Shown here one piece after another: positions 12,720 to 25,799 of a stretch of DNA of 64,000 nucleotides (positions are counted from its first letter, which is position 1; every line of letters begins with the position of its first letter). The stretch comes from Octopus bimaculoides. Taxonomy: Eukaryota. The notes beneath the pieces were generated by a model. It saw only the letters and a program-made list of their open reading frames with translations. It made no database searches and had not been told where the DNA came from. The translations under genes and the position numbers were made by a program. The stretch covers positions 94,958,449 through 95,022,448 of the forward strand of contig NC_068987.1 of the NCBI RefSeq assembly GCF_001194135.2, written 5' to 3'.

Positions 12720-12935
12720 AGTGAGTTTCCTTGTGGTCAAGCGATCTGCTAGAAACAGCAGCTAAATCGCTTGAAACGAACCCTACCTACCACCTTATAA
12801 AGAAACGAGCACAAAAGAGAGTGAAGCAAGATATCCTATCACTGTAAACATGGTTGGGAAATGATAACTGTGCAGCTTTTATGTTAGGTCTATTGAATCA
12901 GGGCGGACCTAGAGTTCAACTTCAACAACGATAAC
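12720..12935 (+). repeat. Unclassified interspersed repeat (family D)
   Basis: CTAGAAACAGCAGCTAAATCGCTTGAAA..TCAGGGCGGACCTAG..(AAC)n; a diverged reverse-complement relative lies at ~51635-51850. Confidence 0.45.
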
Positions 12936-13246
12936 ATAAAACTGTCAAGACCATCACAATGTACACAGGCACCAAGACCACCACCACTACCAGCACTACC
13001 ACCATTATTAACATCCGTACAAATCCCTAGCACAGCAGCACCTCCAAACAGTTTCCGTTTTGGTTTAGTGGAAGTTATAATTGCCTCAGATAATAATGAT
13101 GATCGTTACAGATCTCATATAATGGAATCGAATTTAGGCTTTTGAGGAACGGAGAGACGAGCGTCTTTCAAATTCTCATTCTTTTTCTTTCGCTTCGTTT
13201 ATGTGACCATCAGGTTGTAGGGTTTATGTATAAATATATACATATG

Positions 13247-13274
<28 letters not shown>

Positions 13275-13277
<3 letters not shown>

Positions 13278-14815
13278 ACTTTGCTAGGTTTCGGCCAGTA
13301 TTGGCCCAGGCCATGTCCAACAGCACCACCTGGCAAAGTCATTCAAATCAGGAATCGGACAACATGGCCCACTCGAGGAGAGAGTTATTGTTTATGGAGA
13401 CACTTCCGGGTGTAGGAGGTTTATGTGGGACTTGTGAAGGAATTTGTCCAAAGACTTCTTGAATTTTATGGGGTCTATTTTTGCTTTAATGTGTTTTGGT
13501 GTCATATTAGAGAGAGCGGGATCACTTGAAGTAAGATAATTGTACCGTATTGTTGTTACGAGATGCGAGTGTTGTGGGCGGGTAGCACGGGCCCAAGTCT
13601 TGGGTGTATCTTAAAGGTGATGCCAACATCATTTGGGCAATACTGATAGAATATTTTCCGCATCATGCAGATGATGTAGCGCTCTGAGAAAGCTTGAGCT
13701 TTTCCAGTCGACCCCAATAATCAAGGCCTGTCATGCCATCTATCTTTTTCGTTATTGATTTTTGAGGTGCTTCAGTTTTCATATTTTGTTTCGTGTGGTG
13801 AGACCACAGTGGACAACAGTATTCAAGGTGGGGTCGGGCAAAAGTGGAGAAGAGGAGGATATTGATGTGGATATCTCTCGACAGGAAAGTTCTGAGAATC
13901 CAAGAATACAGTCTGCGGGTCATGTCAACTTTGCTGTTTGTATGAGCGGTCCAGCTTATGTTGTTGTCCATAATTACTCCCAAGTCTCTAATGTTGTTGG
14001 ATGCCTTGAGGGTTTCACCTGAAGGAAGGGAGTATGGTAGCTTCAGAGTATCCTCTTTTCCGAAGTGCATTGACTCGAATTTGTCCTCGTTCAGTAGTAT
14101 ATTATTCTTTTCCGCCCATTGGATGACAGCTAGTAGATCTGAATGAAGGCATGCCTGGTCAGCCACTTCATTGACGACCTTCTGGATCTTAGAATCATCT
14201 GCAAAGATTCTTATGTTACTGTGCTTGATGATGTCAGTAATGTCACTGATGTAGACGGTGAAAAGAAGCGGGGCCCCAACACCGTAGCTTGTGGAACACC
14301 ACTACTGACTTTGGCAGGGCTTGATTTTACTTCGACTACAATGTGTTGGGTTCTGCCTGTCAGGAAACACTTGATCCATTGTAGTAACTTTACAGAGACA
14401 ACAATGTTGGATAGTTTTTTCAAGAGGATCTTATGATCCACCCTGTCAAAGGCCTTACTGAAATCAAGGTAGATGACAGCAGTATTCGAGCCGTCTCCCA
14501 AAGCTTTAAAAATGTCATGATGCAGGAGCTGCGTTAGGCAGTTCCTTCCATTAAGGAACCGTTGTTGGGTGGGGTCCAGCAGTCTGTTTCTTCCAAGAAA
14601 GTGTGTTATCCATGACCTCACCACCCTCTCAAATACCTTGATGATATGAGAGGTGAGCAAGATCGGCCAGTAGTTCACTTGTTTCCCTTTTTGAAACGGA
14701 CAAGAAACAGTAATATAACCAGCATCCAGTGAGTTCCTCCACAAATTAGCAAGAGGAGATGGAAATTGATGCCGACACACTTTCAGGACACAAGCAGAGA
14801 ACCTATCAGGGCCTA
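13275..14815 (-). mobile_element. CR1-like LINE, 5'-truncated, including the 3' end
   Basis: YWPILLTSHIIKVFERVV, YLDFSKAFDRVDHKILL, SSGVPQATVLGP, ADD, DLGVIMDNNISW, RPHLEYCCPLW, FKKSLDKFL..NNNSLLEW, then a 3'UTR ending ~13275. Confidence 0.9.
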
Positions 14816-14837
14816 CTGCTGAATTGTGTTTAATTTC

Positions 14838-15253
14838 ATTTATTAATTTATTAATAAATTAACAATTAATATTTTTTACCAAGCCCTTCGGTATGTAAAC
14901 ACCATGATCGGTGGAGAACTTATTTAAAAGTTCTTATACATTTATAAACATAATTAAGGGATCAGCAAATAGTTGCTTCACCACATACCGATGTTCAGAA
15001 ATAGCAGCTAAAAAGCTGAGACTCCAACAGATAGCATTACTAGTAACTCACAAAGGCAAAGCAAGAAGAAAAAACAATGAAAACTAACCAGTCGAAGTTA
15101 ATCATAGACGCGTTTCTGGATTAGGAGCGATAAACACTCCATTTCCTTCATCGGTATGATATTCTAGTTGTAAATTCGACGGTGCTTGGTAAAAATTATT
15201 AATTGTTAATTTATTAATAAATTAATAAATTGATAAACCTTTACCTTTTTAAT
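14838..15253. mobile_element. Long-TIR (foldback-like) non-autonomous element, deletion derivative
   Basis: 14838-14885 (ATTTATTAATTTATTAATAAATTAACAATTAAT..TTACCAAGC) is inverted at 15184-15231. The same family occurs at 15486-15776 and 61507-61809. Confidence 0.8.
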
Positions 15254-15485
15254 NNNNNNNNNNNNNNNNNNNNNNNNNNNNNNNNNNNNNNNNNNNNNNN
15301 NNNNNNNNNNNNNNNNNNNNNNNNNNNNNNNNNNNNNNNNNNNNNNNNNNNNNNNNNNNNNNNNNNNNNNNNNNNNNNNNNNNNNNNNNNNNNNNNNNNN
15401 NNNNNNNNNNNNNNNNNNNNNNNNNNNNNNNNNNNNNNNNNNNNNNNNNNNNNNNNNNNNNNNNNNNNNNNNNNNNNNNNNNNNN

Positions 15486-15776
15486 GTTGTGCCGATGCAT
15501 GATGTTCACTCGTTCATGCATGCACAATTTGCTAGCACCGTCGAATTTACAACTAGAATATCATACCGATGAAGGAAATGGAGTGTTTATCGCTCCTAAT
15601 CCAGAAACGCGTCTATGATTAACTTCGACTGGTTAGTTTTCATTGTTTTTTCTTCTTGTCTTGCCTTTGTGAGTTACTAGTAATGCTATCTGTTGGAGTC
15701 TCAGCTTTTTAGCTGCTATTTCTGAACTTCGGTATGTGGTGAAGCAACTGTTTGCTGATCCCTTAATTATGTTTAT
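15486..15776. mobile_element. Arm of the same long-TIR element in inverted orientation
   Basis: 15535-15776 is a near-perfect reverse complement of ~14945-15185. Confidence 0.85.
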
Positions 15777-16647
15777 ATATATATATATATACACATACAT
15801 ACACATGCACACACCCATATAAGTGCATAATATATATGTGTGTATAACGTGTGTGTGTGTGTGTGTGTGTGTGTATTCAAATGAAATATAAATTTCGTCC
15901 ACTGGAATAGAATTGTTTCTGCAAATCGTTTCCATTCCAAGAGTTATTAAGTTTATCATCAGCAGAAAGAACGAAAAGAAATTTATTCAGATTGTCTCTG
16001 CTGACGCCAAAAGAGCTATAAACCACGAGACTTCCAAATCCGGTTATAATGCTCCCAGACTTTAAATTTTCCATATTTATGAGTTGAATAACTAGTGCAG
16101 ACCGTGTATTTTCAGGTATATTCAGGGCTATTAATATAATTTTTTCTTAAAATATATTTGGAATATATTTCAAGGCAGGAATTCACTAGCGTGTACCATA
16201 CTATGGATTTCGTTTTATCGAAGGAAAAAAAAAAAATGGAAAGGAAAAACATATTAAAAATAAAATATCATGAAATGTACAATTATTGGGACACCACAGA
16301 AACTGGTTGCATTTATACCATGTAGAGTCTTACTTTAATAGAAATATCTGATATATTTTGAAAACTGAGATGTGAGTTACAGCTAATGGTGTTGACGCAT
16401 TCTGAAGTAATTTAGACACGGGAAATTTGAATACTCTGAACTTTCAACAGAATTTTGACATCTTGGAGCTAATGGCATTGTTGTCGTAAGTCTACATATT
16501 CTGGGGAAATTCCAGTTATATTTATTTTGGGTTGGATATCTATAGCAATGCTACCCTTTTCCAGAAAAATATGTTGTCTAGTAAAAGAGAGCTTTTTTGT
16601 TTCATACATTGGATTGTTCGTTTCTTTAATCCAGTTAGTTTACATGT

Positions 16648-16681
<34 letters not shown>

Positions 16682-16779
16682 ATATAATTTGTGTATGTTG
16701 GTCAAGTTTGATTATACACCTGCACATGTATTCACAGAGCTGCTTAGCCAGTACCTTGGAATGGAATTTCACTGACACT

Positions 16780-18927
16780 TGCCGCATGCATAGATCCTCC
16801 GTTAATGGGGAGCATACTCATCCTGTGCTTATTCCCACTTCACGAGATATTTCCTGGATTGTCACACAACGGTTTTTCATGACTATTCTCCGAAATTACT
16901 TAATCAGTTTCTCATTTCGGTTTGTGGATGGCCTGCTCCGAGCCTCGATTAGGGAGTCGCATTCGATTGTAAAATCCCACAGTATATCTTATGTTCCTTG
17001 TTCTCGGTGACGACTCCTAGTCCATGTTCGTAGCATTTCCGTGCTCTGTTCCAGTCGTACTTTTCATATGCCCTCCAGTGGACAAACTTACACACGTTAT
17101 CGGGCCTCCTTCTGTAGTGCTTTTGGGCCAGCTGGCTACACTCACTCACAATATGTGAGAATGTTTCGTTTCTGCTGCCACATATCCTACAAAGGGGCAA
17201 TACGCTACTCTTATCTATTTGGAATTTGGTGTAATTAGTTCTCAGAGCTTGTTCCTGGGCGCTGCATATGAATGCCTCAATATATCCTTTCAGATCACCT
17301 TTTCTTAGCCATCTCCAAGTGTTGTTCTTGTCTTTTCCTTCGATTTCTCTGAAGTGTTTACCAAGCAGTGATTCCATTTTCCAGTTGTTTAGTCTGTCTT
17401 CATCCTGTTTCTTAAATGTTTGTGGGTTCATCACATTTTCGTTTAGGTGTTGAATTGTTAATTCTAACACTGGCAAGCAAGGATTCACTCTGATGTATGA
17501 TGTATCATCTCAAACTGTTCTTCTGGTTGACAACACAGATCTTGCATCCTATGAGACTTCTTCCACCCCTGTTTTTAAGCACATACAGTCTGTCAGTATA
17601 GCTTTTGGGGTGTAGTTCCTTGTTAATTGTCATCACTTTTCTAGTTTTCGCGTCCATTTCCTCAAGCTCGTTCTTTGTCCACCTAACAACATCTGCGCCG
17701 TATTGCATTAAGGAAACAGCTTATGTGCTAATTGATCGGATTTTGTTGAGTCTACTTCTAATTAACTTGATACTTCTGAGATATTCTTGCTTAAGGGTTT
17801 CCTTTATTTCACTTTCCTTGAACTTGTATTCTCGAAATCTCCAGCTATTTATATCCATTAGTCCCAAATCATTGATTTTATCGCCGTTGGGTAGCTCCAC
17901 ACCATTAGACGACACTATTTTAACTCTTTGTATTATAAGCATACCAAATTCCCAAATTCCATTCCGATATTCATACTAAATATCTGCACTGTTGAAATTA
18001 GACCATTTATTTCACGTTCGGCCTTTCCAAAGATCTTTTCCAAAGCTGATTTAATTTTCCTCCACTTTTCAAAGTGTGCCCCGATGTCACTTTTCATAGT
18101 ATCTGTGTGAAGGGAATCATACAAATCACAAACAGCAAGGATGATAGGCTATCTCCTTGAAATATGCCTCTCTTGATGTTAACCCGCGCCAAAAATTTTC
18201 CGCATGAAGTTAAATCTATATTCCAGTTCATCATTGATCAAATAAAATTTGATATATTATCAGACACCTGTACCAGCTCAAGATGTTTTAAAATCCAGGA
18301 ATGGCGGACATATGCTTTCTTATAATCGATCCACGCCATGCCTAGTTTAAAAAAGTCTTTTCTTGCAGTCATTCACTACCTTTCTGTCTATCAGAAGTTG
18401 GTTTCTTGCTTCTCGGCTTTTCCTTCTACCCACTTCCTGTTCCACTGGCAGTTTGTTATTCATTTCCAGCGAGTTATATACCCAATTAGATATTATTCCT
18501 GTCATCAGTTTCCACATCCGGAAAAGAGAGGTGATAGACCGGTAATTATCTACTACATTGCCTTTGCAGAGATCCTTTTGGCAAAGAATTGTTTTACCTG
18601 TGGTCAGCCACTTTGGGATTTCCACACCGTTGTTGATAATTTTATCCATTTGCGTGGCTATTCTTCTGTGTAGTGCTGGGAATTTTTTCAGTCAATATCC
18701 TTGTACCCCATCCGGCCCAGGGAATTTCCAGTTTGGGGTTTTGGTTGTCTGTTCGGTTACCATTTCAGTTGTTATTCTAATATTGCTGTTTCACTTCGTA
18801 TTTTTCCGACCTTAATTTCTTCAACAATTTAGCATCTTTCTTTTGCTTTCTTCCATTATCCCAGATGTTACTCCAAAACTTTTTATTTTCTTCAGCGTCT
18901 AGTCTCTCACTGTTGTTAGCCTTTCCA
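16780..18927 (-). mobile_element. Dong/R4-type LINE, 5'-truncated and decayed
   Basis: EENKKFWSNIWD, PKWLTTGKTILCQKD..NYRSITSL..MWKLMTG, IGMEFG, LHPKS.TDRLYV, AQEQALRTNY..CRICG..ETFSHIVSECSQLAQKHY..KILWDF. Confidence 0.9.
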
Positions 18928-19129
18928 TTTATTATTATTATTATTATTAATATATTTGCTACAGAGTACGTCGTACATGTTTTTAAACGCTTGAAGTGAG
19001 TCTTCTTTAATTTCATAGCATACATCCATTTGGTGCTGTCTTTTGTTTGGAATTTTAATCCCAAGTTGTTACTGAAAACTCCATAAATCCGTTGCTGGGT
19101 TCTTTATAGGTGTTTGGCCCCGGACGGGG

Positions 19130-19850
19130 AAAATTTCGGCTCTCAAGAAAATCGCCCGAGAGGCGTTTAAAAACAATAATTTGTAAAGATGGCAGCATCC
19201 ACTTTAAAACTTTTGAATAGAAAATCAAATGATAAGGGAACCGGCAGAGAAAATGGAATGCTCCCACACTGCTATAGAGAAGCATCTTCACTCGATGGGA
19301 AAGGTTCAGAAGTATGGAGCATTAGTCCCGCATGCTTTAAGTGACAACAAAAATCAACGAGCCACAATCTCCGCTGGTTTGCTTGCTCGTCATCGCTCAA
19401 CTCATGGACACAAGCAATGATTTCTTTACTGAATCGTTACTGGCGACGAAAAATGGTGCCTGTACATCAATATGAAGCAGCGTCAGGAATGGCTTAGCTC
19501 CGGTAAACAAGCGACATCGCGCGTGAAACATGATCTTCATCCGCGTAAAACGATGTTGTGCGTATAATGGGACTGGGAAGGGATTATCCATTACGAATTG
19601 CTTGAACGGAACCAAACGGTCAACGCGGAACTATGTTTAACAGATGGAACAACTCAACACGGCTATTCAAGAGAAAAGACCTAATCGTCAGCATGGAGCT
19701 CTTCTGCTGCACGACAACGTCCGCCCTCATATCGCCAATATGACCAAAGAAGCCATTGAAGCGCATGGCTGGGAAGTGCTGCCACATCCGCCGTGCTCAC
19801 CTGATTTGGCACCAACGGATTTCCACCTCTTTCGATCCCTCTCAAATGCT
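19130..19850 (+). mobile_element. Second mariner (DD34D) transposase remnant
   Basis: LVPHALS, IVTGDEKWCLY, HDNVRPH..HPPCSPDLAPTDFHLFRSLSN with 34-residue spacing; no TIRs seen. Confidence 0.9.
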
Positions 19851-19964
19851 AAGAAGAGATTAAACATCAGCTGCAACAATAAACTACTTGTATTCCATAA
19901 CGAATACAAAATCATTAGGCTTGAATCAAAAAACAGAATTTCTTTTTAATTTTGCAGAGGGGGG

Positions 19965-19965
<1 letters not shown>

Positions 19966-20041
<76 letters not shown>
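19966..20041. repeat. (GA)n microsatellite
   Basis: GA run with minor interruptions. Confidence 0.9.
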
Positions 20042-20042
<1 letters not shown>

Positions 20043-21244
20043 CTATAAATTGTGCAATAAATTTTTTAAAATTCGAAGACTTGTTCTTTGCATTTACTTG
20101 TGGTAAACTTTTCACAATAGTGTCAGGTATTTCTTATCGAATTCATTCTTAAATGAAGATTCCAACCAACGAAAGAAGCATCTAAAAGGTGCTTCTGACA
20201 AATATTCTTCAAATCACACCCTTTCAAAGAACGGACGCATACAATTCGAATGCTTCTTCCATTTTAAGACGTGATAGCTACGGCTGGAATACCCTTGAAC
20301 ATAGTTTAGATTGATCAAGATTGAAATGAAGCTAGAAAGAACTGCAGAATAAGCAGATTCTCGTTTTATGCCAAAATGTGAAGAATATTGCGAGAACATA
20401 GTATGAGATATTTAAGCGAACCAAAATAAATTAACAACTGACATTAGAGTTGGGTGGAGTCAATAAAACTACACTCATTCCCCCCACTTAAATGTAACGG
20501 GCCCTGAATATTCGAATAAAAAAATATAAAACCCTACTATTTTTACAATCAATCAATTAGGTAGGGATGCGTACGAAATTTGAGAAATTACTTTTCAAAT
20601 TGGTTTAAATGCCCCAGTGAACGTGCGTTCCGATTATATCTTCAAAATCACAGACAGCTCCTCTAAATCAGTTTGTCACTTGATACGAAAATATACATTA
20701 GGGAATAATAGCACCAAAATGTCAATCCTTGTTTGCGAAGCTTTTGATCCTTTTCGAAAGGCTTGTCCAATGTACATATCTGTTTCCATAGAAGGAGAGA
20801 AAATTGGTTCATTATGTACACCTCGTATGAGTTGCAGCTGGTTAAGTTTATAGTGTACCAGTCCACCAGAGAAATGTTGGCGGCTTTTATCATATAACTC
20901 TGACATACTGTTGTAACTATAGCCAAGTCACTTCATATGTATTACTTAAAGGCTCACCTCACCCCACAATAGAACAAGTAAGATATCAGTGTAGCTCACC
21001 AACATCAACAAGAACTGTGTTGAATTAACTAATGTTGTGTTAACTCGCATAATTACAATTAAATGATTCGCGATGTGGAAGTTGATGAGGGTAAGGTAGG
21101 ATTTATAGCGTCGACTTGTTCTCAATAAACTACAAGACGGAGTCTGCGATAACCATATGATACTACCAATAACTCAACATTATGGATAATCAAATAATGA
21201 TAACAATGGCAATGGTGTATAAAAAAGGGAACTGTTGGTCTCAT

Positions 21245-23334
21245 ATCCTTATAGAATTCATATATTAGGATACGAAATCATTGAGTAGGTGATCCTGCTT
21301 CCAAGGTGATCCCAGACGACATACAAGTGAGAAATTATGGACCTATTACATGTTTACCATTACTCTGGAAGTTATTAAATGGATTCATAGCAGATAAAAT
21401 ATATAAAAGCCTGGAAAAGGAGAATTTATTGTTAGAGGAGTAGAAAAATGAAGGGGAACTGCTGATTTGTCGTATATAGACAACAGAATATTAAAAAGGT
21501 ACGACTTAGAAGAATTTAACTTTTGACTGAGTAGATTACACGAAGGCCTACGGTAATGTTCCACACTGCTAGCTCTTGGAGTGTGTGACGATGCTAGCAG
21601 TCGATGAGATGATAAGCAGCTTTTTTTGAAAACAGCAATGAGAGTGTGTGAAGTAGAACTGACATGCGCAAATGAAACGCTAAGAAACGGGAAAATATGC
21701 CGGAACATTTTCCAGGTAGATCTACTCACTCCTCTACTCTTCGTTTTTGCTGATCTCTCTGACAAGCATAGTGAGAAAATCTAGTTCTGCCTACGAATTT
21801 ACCAAAACCAAGGTGAAAATAAATCACCTGCTTTATATGGATCTCAAGCAATATATTAAAAATTGAGAAAATCTAGTTTCTTTGGTCCAAACAGTAAGAA
21901 TATTTAGCAAGGATACTGGAATGCCATTTGGAGTAAAAGTGCAGAGTGCTAATTATGAAGAGGGGCTGGAAGATGAACACTGATGGCATAAAATTACCAC
22001 AAGACAACATCAATAATGAGGAATAAAAATATCTGCCGAAGTTACAAGATGTTGGGATAATGGAAGGAGAATTGAGAGAGAAAATTTCTAAAGAGTACAA
22101 GAGAAAAACTAGGAAGGTACTCGACACAAAATTAAATGGAGGAAATATAATTTAGGCAATAAATACATGGACTATGCCTTTATTAAGATACTCTGATCCC
22201 TTTCTGAAATGCTCAAAGGTCAAGCTACTGAACTTGGGCGGAAAAACTAGAAATCAGTTCACAGTGCCCAACGCACTACATCCTAAAAGGTATACTGATA
22301 GACTAGCAACCAAGAAAGGAAAGAGACAGAGAATTACTTAACGCAGAAGATATCATTAGTACCGCGATATTGGGTTTGAAAAGTTATGTGGTGTGGAGTG
22401 AAGAGAGGATACTTTCAGTAGCCAGAGATACCCCAAAAGTGACTGAAACGGTAGAAGAATCCAAGAAGAGAATGAAGAGCAACAGAACAAGCAGATGGAA
22501 AGAAATAGAATTGTATGACCAATTCATGCTACAAACTGAGAATGCTGGAAGTAAAGAACTCTAGCTTTAGCTGCCGAAACGAGAGACCGGAGTTCTAACG
22601 CCGCTCAGGAACAAGACATTAGGACAAATCTGATAAAGGCAAAGATCGACAAAACTCAGATAGCAAATGTAGAATCTGCAGGAAAGGAGACGAGAGTATC
22701 AATCATATTTTGAGTGAGTGCAGCATACTAGCACAAAAGGAGTATAAATGCAAACATGATTATGCATGCAAAATAGTGCATTGGGATGTTAGGTGTGTGC
22801 GTGAGGCTTCAAAATAACAAAAAAAAAAATGGTATGAACAAAAACCAGAAGCTGTGATAGAAAACAAGAATTACAAGATCTTGTGGGATTTCACCATAAA
22901 GACTGACCACACTATTGAGACAAGAAAGCCAGATATGATTATTGAGGATGACATAAACAGTGCAAGATTAAAGATTCTGCAATTCTTTATGATAGCAGAG
23001 CCGATACCAAAGAAATTGAAAAAAAGAAAAATAGAGAAATAGCAATGTCTAACCAGAGAGCTGAAGAAACTGTGCAAGACCAAGACAATAACTATTCCTG
23101 TAGTAAGAGGTGCACTTGGAACAACATCCAAAATGGCACCTAAAAAGATAAAGAAATTTGAATTGAAAGACTTTGCCGGAGAAATATACCATCGTATATT
23201 CTACAGCAATCCTAAGGCAGATTCTTGAAATTTGAGATTTGTTGTCACCAACCCCAAGATAAAATAACTGCTAAATTAACATTCACTAGCATCCTACTAC
23301 TACTACTACTACTAATAATAATAATAATAATAAT
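21245..23334 (+). mobile_element. Dong/R4-type LINE (RT to 3' end) with (TAC)n(TAA)n tail
   Basis: NYGPITCLPLLWKLLNG, KINHLLYMD, ALHPKRYTDRL, KCRICRKGDESINHILSECSILAQKEYKCKHD, KILWDFTIKTDHTIETRKPDMII; tail at 23294-23334. Confidence 0.9.
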
Positions 23335-24335
23335 GGACTGATTAGCCTGCGGGAGTGCATCAACAGTGAAAGAAGAAACATGGCAGAATATTTGGTAAAC
23401 AACAAACACGACCTGCTACAGTATGCTGCTGAGGCAAAAGTATTTACCTAAAATGGACTTGAGAGTGCTTATAAATTCCGATCACGAGTAGCCAACGAGA
23501 GAGGAGAAACCTGACACCGCATGGAATTACATGGTCAGTTCCAACGTGAAACCAACAAGTTAAAAGACCAGGAAGCATCATGGAGGTGGCTCAGCAAGGG
23601 TGACCTAAAAAAAAAAAAAAAGAATACTGAAAACCTTAGCCAACGCTGTCCAGGGTCAGGAATTGAATACCAACTCAGTGAAAAAGACACGCAAGTGCAA
23701 AGGACCTCTGAAGAATGTGTGGAAAGAGGGACGAAAATGTGACTCACATCGTAAGTGCTTGTGAAAGTCTTGCGCAGAAAGAGTACAGGCGCAGACACAA
23801 GGTAGCCCCAAAACTCCACTGGCAACTGTACCGGAAGTATAGATACGAGGTAACGGGTGTTAGGTAACAACATACATCGGAAAAGGTAATGGACGAAAAG
23901 GAGGAGGCAAAAATCCTCTGGGACTTTGACTTCCAGACAGAGAAAGTGTTAGAGCACCGAAGGCCGGATATAGTAACCTCTAGGAGGGACAAAGAGTGCC
24001 TAATAATTGACGTGACAGTGCTATGAGATCAACATATTACCATGAAAGAATGAGAATAGATTGATAAATACGGAAATCTGAGAATTGATATCGTCAAGAT
24101 GTGGCAGCTACGAATGTCAGACATAAAGGTTGTCCCTGTTGTCATCGAAGCATTGGGTTCAATATCACCCAATCTGAAAACATCTGGAAACCTTAGAGAT
24201 ACCCTACAATCTAGGTGTATTGCAGAAATCGGCATTACTTGGAACAGCATGTATATTACGTAAAGCACTGTCTGTGTGAGGTCCTTGTAACTTGTCAAAC
24301 AGTACAAATCTCCCGGCAGACACAATATCTTCAAT
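23335..24335 (+). mobile_element. Second Dong/R4-type LINE 3' fragment (different subfamily)
   Basis: GLISLRECINSE, LHGQFQRET..WRWLSKGDL, AQKEYRRRHKV, KILWDFDFQTEKVLEHRRPDIV, IIDVTV, QKSALLGTACILRKAL. Confidence 0.9.
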
Positions 24336-24339
24336 CAAC

Positions 24340-24740
24340 AACATCACGATATTGTGCATGATGCGACGTTACAAATAATAGCAATAATAGTTAAGAAGGA
24401 AGGAGAAAAAATAGATAAATACAACAATCTTAAGTATGAAATAGTCCGGCCATAGAAAATGAAGAAGGTGAAGATAGTGCCAATTATTATTGCTGGGTCC
24501 TTGCGAAGAGTATCAGAAGGTATCAAGGGGACTATAAAGGAAATTGGAATAGAGAGCCCAGTAGAACTGTTACAAAAGTTCTACTTCCCTGGCACGGCCA
24601 GAATAATCAGGAAAGTATTAGATACTTGAAAAGAACGGATAGCATGGTACCGTAGGCTACAAGCAGCAAGTCCGCTACGCATGCAAGAATCCAAGAACTC
24701 CAACAAAAACTGTGATAAAGAGAAAAAAAATAATAATACA
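24340..24740 (+). mobile_element. Third Dong/R4-type LINE 3' fragment
   Basis: EGEKIDKYNNLKYEI..VKIVPIIIAGSL..LLQK..GTARIIRKVLDT* followed by a 3'UTR and an A/TAA-rich tail. Confidence 0.8.
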
Positions 24741-25413
24741 AAAACAACCATCATACATAAACACAAGCACACGTAGATAATAAATCCGCATGGTTGTTTT
24801 ACATTCCAACGTAGATATTTTCTTTAGCCGATCGTCATCATTTTGAATTTCAAAATAAGGGATACAAGACAAGTTGTACCCCATTTTAGGGACAGCTCTT
24901 TGTCCTTGTGTGATTGTCTTTGTTTGCTATTGTTGATTACAACTCTTTCACAGGATGTGTGCAGCGACACTCCGTATTTAATTCATGGCTAATCAATTAT
25001 ATTGACATACAAAATCATAGTATTTTCTTCCTACTTTCTCATTTCTCACCTTTCTTTTTCCGTTTCAGTTCGTGCGTGCGTGCGTGCGTGCGTGCCTTTT
25101 GTAAATTCATTTCAATTTCAAAGCGGATACCGAAATTATAAAACAAATAAATGATAATCACTGTAAAAATTTTAGTCAAATCTGTCATATAACTTCCGGT
25201 TTAGTTTGAAATCCCCTTCTTTCTCTCTCTCTCGTTTTCTCCTACTGTATTTATGTATACATGTACACACACTCACGCACACGCATATACATACATATAT
25301 ATATACATACATANNNNNNNNNNNNNNNNNNNNNNNNNNNNNNNNNNNNNNNNNNNNNNNNNNNNNNNNNNNNNNNNNNNNNNNNNNNNNNNNNNNNNNN
25401 NNNNNNNNNNNNN

Positions 25414-25590
25414 GGAGCACCGCCTTTAGTCGAGCAAATCGACCCAAGGCATTCTTTGTAAACCTAGTACTTATTCTATCGATGTCCATTGCCGAACCAT
25501 TAAGTTACGGGGACGTAAACACACCAACATCGGTTGTCAAGTGATGGTAGGGGACAAAAACAGACACACAAACACACACACACATATATG

Positions 25591-25639
<49 letters not shown>

Positions 25640-25799
25640 ACGACGGGCTTCTTTCAGTTTCCGTCTACCAAATCCACTTACATGGCTTTGGTCGGCTCAG
25701 AGCACTCGTAGAAGACAATTGCTCAACTTGCCACGCGGTGGGACTGAACCCGGAACCATGTGGTTGGTAAGCCAGCTATTTACCACACAGCCACTCCTG
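25414..25799 (-). mobile_element. tRNA-derived SINE family B with internal (TA)n/(TG)n
   Basis: Reverse complement of the 34684-35073 copy; the 3' end is lost in the N-gap. Confidence 0.93.

Noticed and set aside
15877-16074. 65-aa ORF with the opposite strand also open
   Set aside because: No recognisable motif or convincing splice context; length is within chance expectation.
20560-21010. Possible retroelement remnant (YIGQ or LDK.F-like words)
   Set aside because: Motifs fall in different frames and do not define a family.
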